A stretch of 64,000 nt of DNA, from assembly GCA_973895155.1 (NCBI GenBank), contig OZ316892.1, forward strand, positions 23,879,971 through 23,943,970, written 5' to 3'. This DNA comes from Marsupella aquatica (Eukaryota > Plantae > Marchantiophyta). This document shows, one piece after another, positions 24,816 to 36,495 of the stretch. Both the position numbers and the translations under genes were made by a program. The notes under the pieces are model-generated. The model did no database searches and had not been told where the DNA came from. It saw nothing but the letters and a program-made list of their open reading frames with translations. The first letter of the stretch is position 1; each line of letters opens with the position of its first letter.

Positions 24816-24853
24816 ACGTCCTACCCGTATTAGTTAAGACTGAGGACCCAGGG

Positions 24854-26700
24854 TCCAAAAATCCTCAGATGTGAGTAATCTGTTGGACGCCCGTACCTCA
24901 TTTCAAATGGCGTCTTGAATCCAATAGAACTGGATGGAGAAAAATTTACCAAATAAGTTGTAGTGTTGACAGCTTCAGCTCAAAAATCATGTGGTAAGCA
25001 TGATTGACTCAACATACTCCTCGAGCGGTCCAATAGTGTTCGGTTGAGTCTCTCAGAAACACCATTCTGTTGAGGAGTATAACTTGTTGTGAGATGGCGG
25101 GTGATCCCCTGCTCCTTACAATACGTTCCAAATTCCTCGGAACTGTATTCACCGCCGTTATCCGATCGAAGATATCTCACCTTATTACCAGTCTGATTCT
25201 CAACTTGGGCTTTCCACTCCTTAAAAGTGGCAAAAACATCAGACTTACTGTGTAGAAAGTATATCCACACATACCTTGAGTAATCGTCTATGAACGTGAC
25301 ATAGTATAACCATCCAGAATGTGAGGGAGTAGGGGCTGGACCCCACACATCACTATGTACATACTCAAGTACCTCCTTGCTGGTGTGAGTTCCAACTCCA
25401 AAGGGTTTCCTGTGTTGCTTCCCAAGCACACAGTGCTCACAAAATTCCAACTTACAAGATTGCAAATTAGAAAGTAATCCTTTCTTCTGAAGAATAACCA
25501 AACCTTTTTTACTCATGTGGCCCAAACGGAAGTGCCACAGCCGGGCCGTCTCCTCATGAGATAAGGTCACATTGGCTTCATCAAAAACTACACTGCCCTC
25601 CAAAACGTATAGATTGCTATGTCTCTTTCCCTTCAATACAACTTTAGTACCAGTTGAAACCTGAAGGACACCATTAGCAGAACTCCATTGATGGCCATTT
25701 GCTTCTAAAACTCCAAGTGAAATGAGATTTTTCATCATGCTGGGAATATGTCTCACATTCCTCAATGTTCTCACAGCATCATCAAACATCTGAAATCTAA
25801 CAGATCCAAGTCCAACTACTTGACATGGGATTCCATTTCCCATCAACACTGACCTGTTGGAAACCGTGTAAGAACTGAAAAAATCTCTCCTAGAGCAAAT
25901 GTGAAAAGTACATGCACTATCTAGAATTCAGTCATCACTACCTGGATTTGACACTACGGTGAGAGCATAACCTTGACATCACAATATATCATCATCATCG
26001 AGTAATTAAATCTGTCTCATGCGAGCTTGATGCCGCGTTAGCAGATGCAATAGGGACCTTTACTCGACAATCCCTTTTCATGTGGCCAAGCTTGCCACAA
26101 TTCCAACATGCAAGAGGCTTCCTCTCTTGCGATTTCCCTCTGGATTTAGATCTCCCTCGTGATGTAGATCTAAACCTGTTCTTCCCATTCGTGCGCTGCG
26201 CTGGTCTTCCACAGTTAACGTTGAGTGCAGTGCCAAAAGAAGATGCTATCATCATATACATCAGACTGCCTACTACCTTCTCATAAGGAATCTTAGCCAT
26301 CAGACCTTTCTCCACAGCATCCGTAGGAGAGAAAGCCGATGATAACTTGAAATGTGAAGCTAAAGGAATACTCACTGGCTTACGTTTTCCATGTTGAATC
26401 ATGCAAGTACTTTTCTTGCATATTGGCCTTGAAAAGTGATGCACAATCTGCATAATCATCCAACTTCTTGATGATGTGCGGCTTGAGATAAAGCATCACT
26501 GCATTGACAGCAATCACTTGCTCTTGTCTCCACTGCTTCTCAGAGATCTCCTCCTCTCCATCATATTGCTCTCGTGAAGAGAGCAGATGAGATAAGCCCA
26601 TTGCACAAAGAACACCCTTCACTTGCTTCTCCCACAACAAGTAATCAGTACGACCATCGTACTTCTCTACCTCAAACTTCACTCCTCCAAATCTAGCCAT
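24854..26700 (-). pseudogene. Ty1/copia gag-pol (gag, zinc knuckle, protease, GAG-pre-integrase, integrase), decayed
   Basis: MARFGGVKFEVEKYDGR; CWNCGKLGHMKRDC; ILDSAC; LWHFRLGH; CEHC; HSDVWGP, FIDDYSR, RSDNGGEY, PQQNGVSERLNRTL. Confidence 0.95.
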
Positions 26701-27029
26701 CTCCCTCTTCTTCCCCACTACCGACAGCTCTGGTAGTAGTACAGATTCTTCCACTACACACCGCATCGGTGATCGTACCGGTGTCACTAGTTCCTCCTCA
26801 AACGGTAGCAACTCCTTCTCTGACTCTCCGTCTAAACGTCGCAATCCTAAAGCTCCACCGACACCAATTCTTCCAGTATTCTCCGAGTCACTCATATGAA
26901 ACAATCACAAAAAAACATCTTTTTTCAAAACTTTTCATAAAACTCAAAAACTCAACACCGCTGTGTAGCCCACGAAGCTAGGAGTCCAAACATTGAAAAA
27001 CAAAAAATCAAAACCAAAATCCGTTGAGA

Positions 27030-27360
27030 GGCCACAGGCCGTGGGTTGTGGGTGCGAGCCAAGCTTCCAAGATGATCCCGCACGGACCATGGGTCGTAGG
27101 CTATCCGCCCCCAAACTCAATAATAATCAAGACCCCTCACAGACCATGGGTCGTGGGTACATGCCTACCCAGGCATACCCACATCACTCACGAACCGTGG
27201 GTTGGGGGATATCTTCTCACTCAAATCAAAACCTCATGGACCGTGAGCTCAATACTCACTCAAGCCAAGACCTCACCACCTATGGGTCGTGAGCTCACTA
27301 CTCACTCAAGCCAAGACCTCACCACTTGTGGATCGTGAGCTCACTACTCACTCAAGCCAA
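27030..27360. repeat. Tandem repeats (~49-bp units) in the copia 5' UTR
   Basis: CGTGAGCTCACTACTCACTCAAGCCAAGACCTCACCAC repeated ~3x, plus degenerate CCATGGGTCGTGG units. Confidence 0.85.
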
Positions 27361-28116
27361 GCGCTAAATACAGCGGAAATTACGGACAAAGTACTATTTC
27401 TTAATTTGTCGTTTTCTTTGTGCCCTAAGTCACAGCTGCACCTTGCCTTTCTATAGTGCCAAATCGCCGTTTCCAACGAGAAAAGTGAACGCCGCCGATC
27501 GGAAATGTTGCCAAATTGCACCGGCATAGTCTGCAGCTCCAGCAAAGTAAGAACTTCCGCCGCGTTGCCTTCACTCTGCATCAAGTGCCAATACCGGACT
27601 CAAAACGATCGCCTTGCCGTAATCTCTCCGTTGAGCCCTAGCACTTTGCGTTTCTTCCTTCGAGTTGAACATCACGACGAGTAACCCGGTTCAGGGAAAA
27701 ACAAGCACCATAGCTTGTCAAAAAACCAGAACTCAACATCCACTCGTCACGTTTCACTCGGTATCAACTCGGCAGCAACCCAGCTACCAAAATGACCAGC
27801 TCGCTTCAACCTTCAACATGAGCTACAACATGCGATACCTCCCACACCGCACAACTCACACCGTTGAAAAATGCAAACTTTGGTCTCTCCCTCGAAAAGC
27901 CGTCGAACACAAATAAAACCTGAACGATGCAAACTTTGATTCCTCCGCACCACAGATACCGATCAGTGAGTTCTAACCACCGTTAGAAAGCCCTCTCACT
28001 AACATATCCGCTCAGCCACACACATTCGAGTTTCATGCAACGAAACTCCGAATGTACCACCGACAATGAACGCTGGAAAAACCCATCACGAAAAAATCTC
28101 ATCACCTCCCAAGCAT

Positions 28117-28128
28117 GCTCTGATACCA
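28117..28128 (-). promoter_or_regulatory. Primer-binding site (tRNA-iMet) of the copia element
   Basis: Reverse strand TGGTATCAGAGC, 2 bp inside the LTR. Confidence 0.95.
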
Positions 28129-28130
28129 CT

Positions 28131-28591
28131 TGTTGAGCATAGATGACATTCGTAACGGCAAGCCCATGAACCATCCAACGCACAATAGTCGACACAGAGA
28201 GATACGTGGTTCACCTCCACATGAGGCTACGTCCACGGGAACACACAAGAGCTTTACTGCACTCTAGGCCGACCGGCCATACCAAGCATCCACAGCACAA
28301 GCTCTCCCTATCTCTCAACTAGCTCTGTAACAATGAGACTTTGTTCCACCAGGGTCTGGCATCAGCCCTGGCTATATACACAACAGCATTATCGCTAACA
28401 ATAGCTAAGTCCTAACCTGAGTTAGCTTAATTGTAGTTAGCTCATGAGTCACAAGACTAGAGCAATATCTAACAGGCATCTGCCCTGGCTTAATACACAA
28501 CAGCACTACCGCTAACATTAGCTAAGTCCTAACCCAAGTTAGACTAACTGTGGTTAGCTCATGAGTCACAAGACTAGAGCAATATCTAACA
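28131..28591 (-). mobile_element. Copia 5' LTR with a ~117-bp terminal tandem duplication
   Basis: TG..CA termini, adjacent to the PBS. GAGTCACAAGACTAGAGCAATATCTAACA ends at both 28474 and 28591. Confidence 0.9.
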
Positions 28592-28806
28592 TTACTAGTG
28601 CCTCATTAGGTCTAATTGGAGTGTTGCTTAATGCTTTGAAGCCGCTCTCATTGAAGGAGAAAAATGTCCTTCCTCAAGTTGTTTGCCATTTACTTATAAC
28701 CAAAGGCAGAGCCCTAGTAGACTTCAAACAATAGACAGAGAACACCTGAGTTATGATTTAGAAGTGGAGGGATGCAGTAATCCATGACTTGTAATACTAT
28801 ATGGCT

Positions 28807-29141
28807 TGTTGAACTATGACGTCTTCCTTCATGACGATATGATCAATCATGACTCATACCATGCTCATGTAGTCGACACAATCCATATGTGGTTTGCCTC
28901 TTCTCCAAGGCTACGTCCACACGAACACAACAACTTTACTTCAGAGTAGTTGCACACACAATCTCTCTCTCTTCCTCAAGTTGCTCTGATACATTGAGCA
29001 AACACCACGTACCAACGGCTTACACTAGCCCTCGTATATGCAAGGTCATACACGACTAACCTAACCTCAACTAAGTCCCTAATTGTGATTAGCCTAAACG
29101 CCGTAACCTATGAGTCACAAGACTAAGAACAATCCTTAACA
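28807..29141 (-). mobile_element. Solo LTR of a related copia family
   Basis: TGTTGA...TTAACA termini. Shares GTCGACACA, GGCTACGTCCAC and GAGTCACAAGACTA blocks with 28131-28591. Flanks TGGCT/TGACT (1 mismatch). Confidence 0.8.
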
Positions 29142-29953
29142 TGACTGCTATTAATGTGACCTACAATGGGTATGGAAAGACCAATCCTAGACTGCTCTAA
29201 GAAATTCCATGAGGAGAATGAATGGCCATTACCTAGCTTGAAGAGCTTGGGAATGCACTAGGACTAATCCAGTCCATTGGAAGCTTTAGGGCTTGTCATT
29301 ACTATGGTGGGCCATTTTCCTCCATAGGGGTTGATAGCTTTTTTAATTCTTTTTATTTCTTGAAATTTTTTTAAAGGGGAAATCTATGAAACCCCAAAGA
29401 ACTCAAGAGTCAATCACAATAATTAAACCCAAGACCTCTGTACTCATCAAGTGAGCTATCACAAAGTCATGCCTCTCTGGGCCAGGGGTTGATAGCTTTG
29501 TGTTAGCATCCTCCCTGATGCAATTCTGACTGAAGCCTTGAGATCTCCTTCCATAACACAGAGGTTCGAGGGCAGGAATGGTGGAAACCTGACTCAATCC
29601 AATTCTGTAATCCAATTCTGTAACTCCGTCACAAATCTTTGCACGACCATTCCATCATGCTCATTGTGTCCTTCAAATGCAATGTGTCTACACCAAGCAC
29701 CATCTGACAAAATTCCCTCAGATGCTCCAACAACTGTTCTTGCTTTGCCATACCGGAAGCCATACCTCCTTGCGGTTGGAAATCCAGAAGCTCAAAAATA
29801 TGGAATGCAGATTATTGTCATTGAGTTGTGGGAGGCTTTATACATGAAGTACCTGCCCCTTGTCTATCTCATCAAGTCAGCAAAGAATGCCTTGTATACC
29901 TTCATGCCTATGAAAGATGTTGGATTTATTTACAACATAGTCCACCTCATACT

Positions 29954-32025
29954 CTAATTTGAGTCGACTAACCTGACCCGTGGCCAGCTTCTCTCCCAAG
30001 GTGGCCTATCAATATTGGATGGTGACCTACCACTCCTGGACGATAACCTACCATCCAGGACCTTTCTTAATACTTTATGCAAAATCCCCATCCCCACCTT
30101 TTGTTGAAGACAAGGCAACACCATGTTCATCTCGGGTCTATATTCTTGGCGAAGGCAAGTACAGAGGGCAGCGACTTCCAACATTCTCAACATTTCCGCT
30201 TTCATGTACTTGCCCATCAGATTCGGATCCGCGAGAGCACCCACATCTCCAGTTGCGAAAGCATGAGCCAAAAGTGGTCGGGCCCAATACACAAGATGCA
30301 TCCAGAGAGTACGATCCAACGCCTCCTTACCTGTAACTAGCTCCATAAGAACCACGCCGAAGGAATAGACGTCTGACTTCACCGTGAGCGGATAGAACGG
30401 CTCGGGATCCGCGTACGCAACGGTTCTGTAAAACGGCGAGCATAATTGACATACAGTCTTCCGGTGTCCGACTGCCCAATCCAAATCGAAACCGAAGCTA
30501 CCAACAAGCGCGTCCCACTGGTTGTCGAGATGAATGTTGGAAGCCGAGACGTCACGGTGGATAATTCTCTGGTCGTAGCCGTCGTGCAAGTTCTCTAATC
30601 CACGAGCTGTTCCGAGAGCAATGTTCATTCTGGTGGCCCAATCCATGCACGGTGCTCCCGGACCATGAAGAGCTCCCTCCAGTGTTCCATTCGGGACATA
30701 CTCATAAACTAAAAGATGTTTCCCACCGGAAATACAGTAACCCAGCACTGAGACTACGTGCCGATGGCGTACTCTGCTCATGATGTCGACCTCTGGGAAC
30801 AACTCGATCGTACATCCGTCACAGAAAGTAAGAACCTTCACTGCCACGAGATTCCCAGCAATGGTCCCCTTATACAGCTGACCGAATTTACCTTCCCCGA
30901 GCACATTTTGAGAAGAAAATCCATTGGTTGCCCCCTTGAGCTCCTCATACGTGAACACCTTACAGACTTCTGGATCTCTGGCCACCAGGTTCAGATTATT
31001 TAAAGAAGAGGATCCATTGGGTGCGTCCTTGTGCCTTAACGTCTTCATCATCGAAAGTAACCACGGTGGTGTGTAGAATGGTCTAGAGGTAGGCTTCAAA
31101 GCCCGGATGGCGGGGACCTTCACATCCCCGGCAAGCATTTGGACTATGCGTCTCATAGACGGGCGATCCTGACGGTTGAACTGAGTGCAGAGCAACCCAA
31201 CTTTCAACACCCGTTTCATTTCTTTAGTGTCATAGGCCGTATGTCGCTTATCCACAATACTTAGCAAATCACCTTTACTATGGGCAGGACCCATTGCACA
31301 AGACCAATCTTGTGGGAACCACTTGGCAGAACTCTTCGTCCGCATGCAACCTCTAAGATCAAAACACCAAAAGCATAAACGTCGGCCTTGTCTGTGAATT
31401 GGTATTCAGAGAACACTTCTGGAGCAATGTAGCCCATGGTCCCAGCCATATTTGTTGTTGCTGCTCTCCCTTGATGATCTACCATACGAGAAATGCCGAA
31501 GTCCCCTACCTTTGCATTCCACTCCTTGTCCAACAAAATATTGGAGCATTTTATGTCTCTATGAATGACTTGCTGGTTCAAACCATGGTGCAGATAGTCC
31601 AGGCCATCTGCAGCGCCAGCCAATATCTTGACCTTTTGTGCCCAAGACAGGCCGGCTGTTCTTTCAGCCGGCTTGAACAGCACGTCGTCTAGGCTTCCAT
31701 TGGGTAGTAGATCATAAACAAGCATGTATTCCTTTCTGGCCACATCTTCACACCATCCTTGCAGTTTAATCAAATTCCGATGGCTGAGCTGGCTTAGGAT
31801 GAAAACTTCACTCTTGAACTCCTTTAAGCCCTGACTGTGGGTCTCACCTTGATTCATTCTCTTGACCGCCACTTGAATACCGGACTTTAACTCTGCTTTG
31901 TAGACCACCCCAAATCCTCCTTGCCCCAGTGTTGACTCCTCGCTGAAGCCGCTGGTGGCCTCATTCAGCTCATCGTAGCTGAATCTCCGCAGGACTCCCT
32001 CTAATTGAACAATAGAATCTTCTGC
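29954..32025 (-). pseudogene. Tandem kinase (RLK/Pelle kinase + PERK-like pseudokinase) with a frameshift near 31285
   Basis: Domain 1: GQGGFGVVY, VAVK, HRDIKCSN, DFG, GTMGYIAPE. Domain 2: GEGKFGQLY, VAVK, HRDVSASN, GSFG replacing DFG. The end of kinase 1 (SKGDLLSIVD...CTQFNRQDRPSM) lies in the second ORF. Upstream exon(s) not resolved. Confidence 0.85.
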
Positions 32026-33974
32026 AGACAATAACAACAAATACTTCATCACAAATAGGTAGGGAAAAGTCGTCCATCAGAATGGACAGACGTGTTGACT
32101 GATGAGCTCAATTTTCAAAACTTTCAAGGTTATCATGACGAACTCCTTCAGCTCATCGTGGCAATGTCATAATCATGCTTCGTTCCTGACTCTTTGTTTT
32201 TGGAGAATTATGTTCTAAGTGTGAGGACCAACATGACATAGACATTGATGACTCCACCTTGTCTTCAATTCTGAATGGAGATCATCTTTAACAGCACAGG
32301 CCGCATAACCTGAACCGGTTATGTATTACACTCATTTATAGTGTTAGCGAGGTTCGCCAGTGCTCTAACTAAGCTTGACCTAATTCCAGAATTAGGGAGG
32401 GATGCCACTCCAATGAAGTCACTACAGAGAAAGCTGAAATTAGGAAGCCAACGAAGTAAGGGATCATGAAGAGTTCCCCCTTATATTCAACGAACTCGAA
32501 AGAATAAGCTGTGAAACGGACAGACGCGTGAGTTCAGGAGGCGAAATTTTCACCCGTAGGAGAGATCATCGAACATAATTGCAATCTCATACCTCTAGAA
32601 AACAAACGAACTTGGAAAGACAAGCAGCTCCACATAATCTGATCCTTTTGAGGCGCCCGGAAAAGCTGATTTGCTAAGAACTCTAACAACTCCAATTCAA
32701 AGCCCCTTATCTACCATTGGTTTGTGTCCAACGCCATATCAGCAAGAAGCACTGCTGCACAGTTCAGACAATTCATACGATCCAAAGGTCACGCAAACGT
32801 GGACATCAACAAAGGTACGTCCATGTATTGTAAACAAGGCACTCACCGTGCATCTCCACTCCCGCGTCCATATCGTTGTAGTTTCGCGGCCAGCCAATGT
32901 AAGCTTCGCTGGTAAATCTTTTCTTCTCGATCGCTACTGAGAACGTGTCCCAGCTCCCTTCCGCTCTTCGTCCCCTTTTATCTCACTCCTCTCTCTGTCC
33001 AAGAATTCGATGTCAAACCCAAATTGCACATAATTTCGGGCTACTCAATTACAGTTGGTGGCGCTCCGTCGCAATCACCACAGAGAAAGCTGAAGTAGGT
33101 GCGCCAATGGAGCCTAGGCAGCAGAATGGCTGTGTTCAAGCGAAATTCAAAAGACTATGCTAGCAAACTGGACAGAAGGGGGAGAACAGCAGAAAAGAGC
33201 CACCAACTCTGGGGGAGATCTAAGTCCATCTACCACTTATACAATGTCATAGTTGTAGCAGACAGAAGCAGTAATCCTTAGTCCTGGAAGACAGACACAG
33301 AATAAGAAAAACAAGTAGCTCCATACAGAATCCAGTTCTAACGTAATTTAAAGCTCTCTTTCGTTCAAATAGCATCACGGATTACTGTGAGTGCAGTTTA
33401 TAGCTTTTAACGGTCCATCACCATAGCAACGCTTACATATGCAAAGAGAAGGACTCATTCACATACTGGAATGGCACAGGCATCAATATGGAGTCACTCC
33501 CGTTGACGCCCTGCATCTCCACTCCCCCCTCTAGATCGCTGCAAATTCTCGGCCAACAAAGAGTCTCTCCTGGTTAATCCATCCCCTCCCTGCTACATGG
33601 CAGGTCAATTTCTTCACCCAGCTCCCCTCTATCCTTCTCTCCCTCTCCATCCTCGAAATCAATTCAAGGCTAGGCCCAGATCAAAGTGAACTGAGGGACA
33701 GAGTTAGCTCAATCTTTCCACCCAGCTCCCCTGCCTTCCACAACTGGCTCCTATCTCGTCCCTTTCCTCGAAATCAAATCAAAGCCGAACTTAAATTGAA
33801 CCCGATTTTACTCGACTACAATGTATCACAATCAAGTCGTCAATTCGGCACCGAGATACACATCTGAGAACCTCTCGTCCACAAGCCAAATCGAGAAGAA
33901 AGTAAGCTCTTGTTAGTCATGGTTGGAGTCTATATATATGGTCGCCCTCAACTTTCCTTTCAAATGACGGAAAA

Positions 33975-34250
33975 CAACCCGTCCAAAAACTCGTCTAATC
34001 AATGGCAAATAGTGCAATGACAGATAGTGCGTTGGCAAATAGTGCAATGACAGATAGTGCGTCGGAGGATGATCCGATAGGCGCCTTTTGGATTGCGTAA
34101 CAGTACGAATGACTTTGACGGGAAATTCAACCCGTCCAAAAACTCGTCTAATCAATGGCAAATAGTGCAATGACAGATAGTGCGTCGGAGGACGATCCGA
34201 TATTCCGATAGGCGCCTTTTGGACTGCGTAACAGTACTTTAATGACTTCG
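33975..34250. repeat. Tandem repeat (~153-bp unit x2 with an internal 29-bp duplication), probable TE remnant
   Basis: CCCGTCCAAAAACTCGTCTAATCAATGGCAAATAGTGCAATGACAGATAGTGCGT at ~33978 and ~34131. Confidence 0.8.
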
Positions 34251-36495
34251 ACGTGAAATTCGGACTTTGGCGTCGAGGATGTTACAGTCGTATAGAGTTT
34301 ACCCTCGATGTCGGCACGGCATTCATCGCCATAAACAGGATTCGCGTCCTCGTTCAGGCTACCCGAAAGTCCCCGAAAGGTCGTGGAGATTTCCCTCCCC
34401 GAATTTTTCAACGTTGCGACGACTTTGATGCCGATATCACCGTCTAGCAAAACATTTCTTCACCTCTAAAATTGAAAAATTGAATAACCCTAAATCAAAA
34501 TGTGCCACATCATCATTTTAGTCTCATAATGTTATCATAGTGTTTTGACATATGTGTATGTCATAATTTTCTGGAATGTACAAAGAAGGTACACTCACAG
34601 TGTGTGTCATACAGTATGGATCCTGTCTATTGCATGTGTCAAAACATTCCTGACCTGTTTGTGGTAAGCAGGTCCTTAAACCACTACTATGGGTATAAAA
34701 GACACTTTCTTACACTGTATGGTATTATAAGAGTAACTCATTTGTACACAAGGAAGGCAAAAAACGAATTTATTTATATTCATATTTAAAAAAAATATTT
34801 ATTCATTTTTGAAACGGAAAAAACCCAACAGTAGATCTCATTGAGGTCTTTCTTTTGAGCCCTACATCGCCTTCTGAAATGGACGGACAAGATAGCTAGA
34901 GGCAAACAAAAATGGATGGCCAGGATGGACGGAGTTCAAATTAGAATAGACGGCCCAGATCTGAGGAATTTGAAATCCACCAATAAGATAGAAGATATTT
35001 GTTTTCCTTTTTACTCCCTCAATACTTTATATTTTTGGCTGGAATTTTCACCATCCCTAGATCTAGGTGAGATCTTTCGTTTGAGCCCTTGATCACATCT
35101 AATGGTTGAGAATAGGTGCAGGGGTGAGCAAAATCCGATGGCTGCTGGGAGGCGCTCGGCGCAGAGAGCGCCTCGTGTTTTTTGAGGAGGGAATAAGTTT
35201 AGAGTGAGCCCTCCATGTAACCCGGAGACTCTTGTAAGAGGAGTTGTGGTTTACGCATCAAATGGTATTTTCATGTACTGATAAGTATTGGCACTTTGTA
35301 GTACAGTAAACATTGCACTTATTGGATAGGGACTGCTGGGAGGTATAATTTAGAGTGAGACTTCTTCGAAAGAAAATTTCTCAGTCAACAAAGAGGTGTA
35401 AACCATCTTCTAGTATTGATAAATGCACAAACTTTTGGGTTACTTTGCACTTATTCCAAGCGCAAACCCCCATTTAGTGCATCGTATGCCTTTTTCCTCC
35501 TGTACGCACTGAGAGACAGGCAACTGTAATGAGGTGCTAGGGTGGAAAAAGACCCGTGTTAGTATCCAAGCAAAGGCACACTATGCCATGAATAATTATG
35601 GAAAAGTAGCTCATTGCCTATGCATTGTACAAATGTACAATATTGTCCATAGTACAGTAATTGATGTTGTTGTCAAGTGTAATTGAGATGGCCAGGCAGT
35701 TGAACATAGCAGGGAGTGCGCGAGCTATGGGGAGAGTGGCAGGTTGGGCATGGGAACGGTCCATCTCAGTATTTAGGAAGAAATGTCACCATTAGAAAAA
35801 GGAGTGGAATTACATATTCTGGTGTTTACTTAGATAGTTCACAACTTGATTGTTACGGCTAAGCATCTTGCCTAAATCTCACAGTTCTGCTTCTTGTAGA
35901 ATAACTACGGTAGTATATAACACCGACGTGCCAAAAGCACCAAACCAGGAGACAAGATCCCAAAGGCAAAAGACCCAAGAAAGGGAAGGAAAAGTAAAAT
36001 GTAAATACCCCAAGAGGACCAAAGAGACCACACAAGCGAGAGAGTTTGCTGTAACCACAAAAGAACAAAAGCCCCCTAAGTAGTTGATTCCTCACATCAT
36101 CATTTTCCACATTACACCAACCCAATTGTGACAACAAAAGACCACATTAGGGGTGTACAGGAGACCGTGGAAGATCGCTCAATCAAGAATAATCAGTGGC
36201 ACCTATTGGTACAGAATAGCTAAATTAATGATCCTACTTGGAACTCCTTGCTTGCTGCTGCAACCATCAATTACAATGCAGGGAGCTCCCTTCAAGTCCA
36301 TCAAAGGAGATTTGAAGTTAGTACACATCTTCTACTCAGTCCTTAGTATATGTTCAGAATGAGATCAGAAGTACCCTGCTACAACCAGTTTCTGGGGTTC
36401 TAATATTGACAGGCTGCTCATATGGATGGTCCTCCCTAGGGTGTAATGAAGTGATTTTTCAACTTTTTTTTGTGCCAATTATATACCTTGGCTAA

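Larger units (their letters stand above)
8634..24853 (-). mobile_element. 16.2-kb P-element-like DNA transposon (element B)
   Basis: Left TIR CCCTGGCCCCTCAGTC (8634), right TIR GACTGAGGACCCAGGG (ends 24853), identical 8-bp flanks TCCAAAAA (8626-8633, 24854-24861). Removing it restores the copia integrase. Confidence 0.93.

Noticed and set aside
27030-27360. Repeat array resembling CRISPR
   Set aside because: Tandem units without unique spacers, in a copia UTR, in eukaryotic context with no cas genes.
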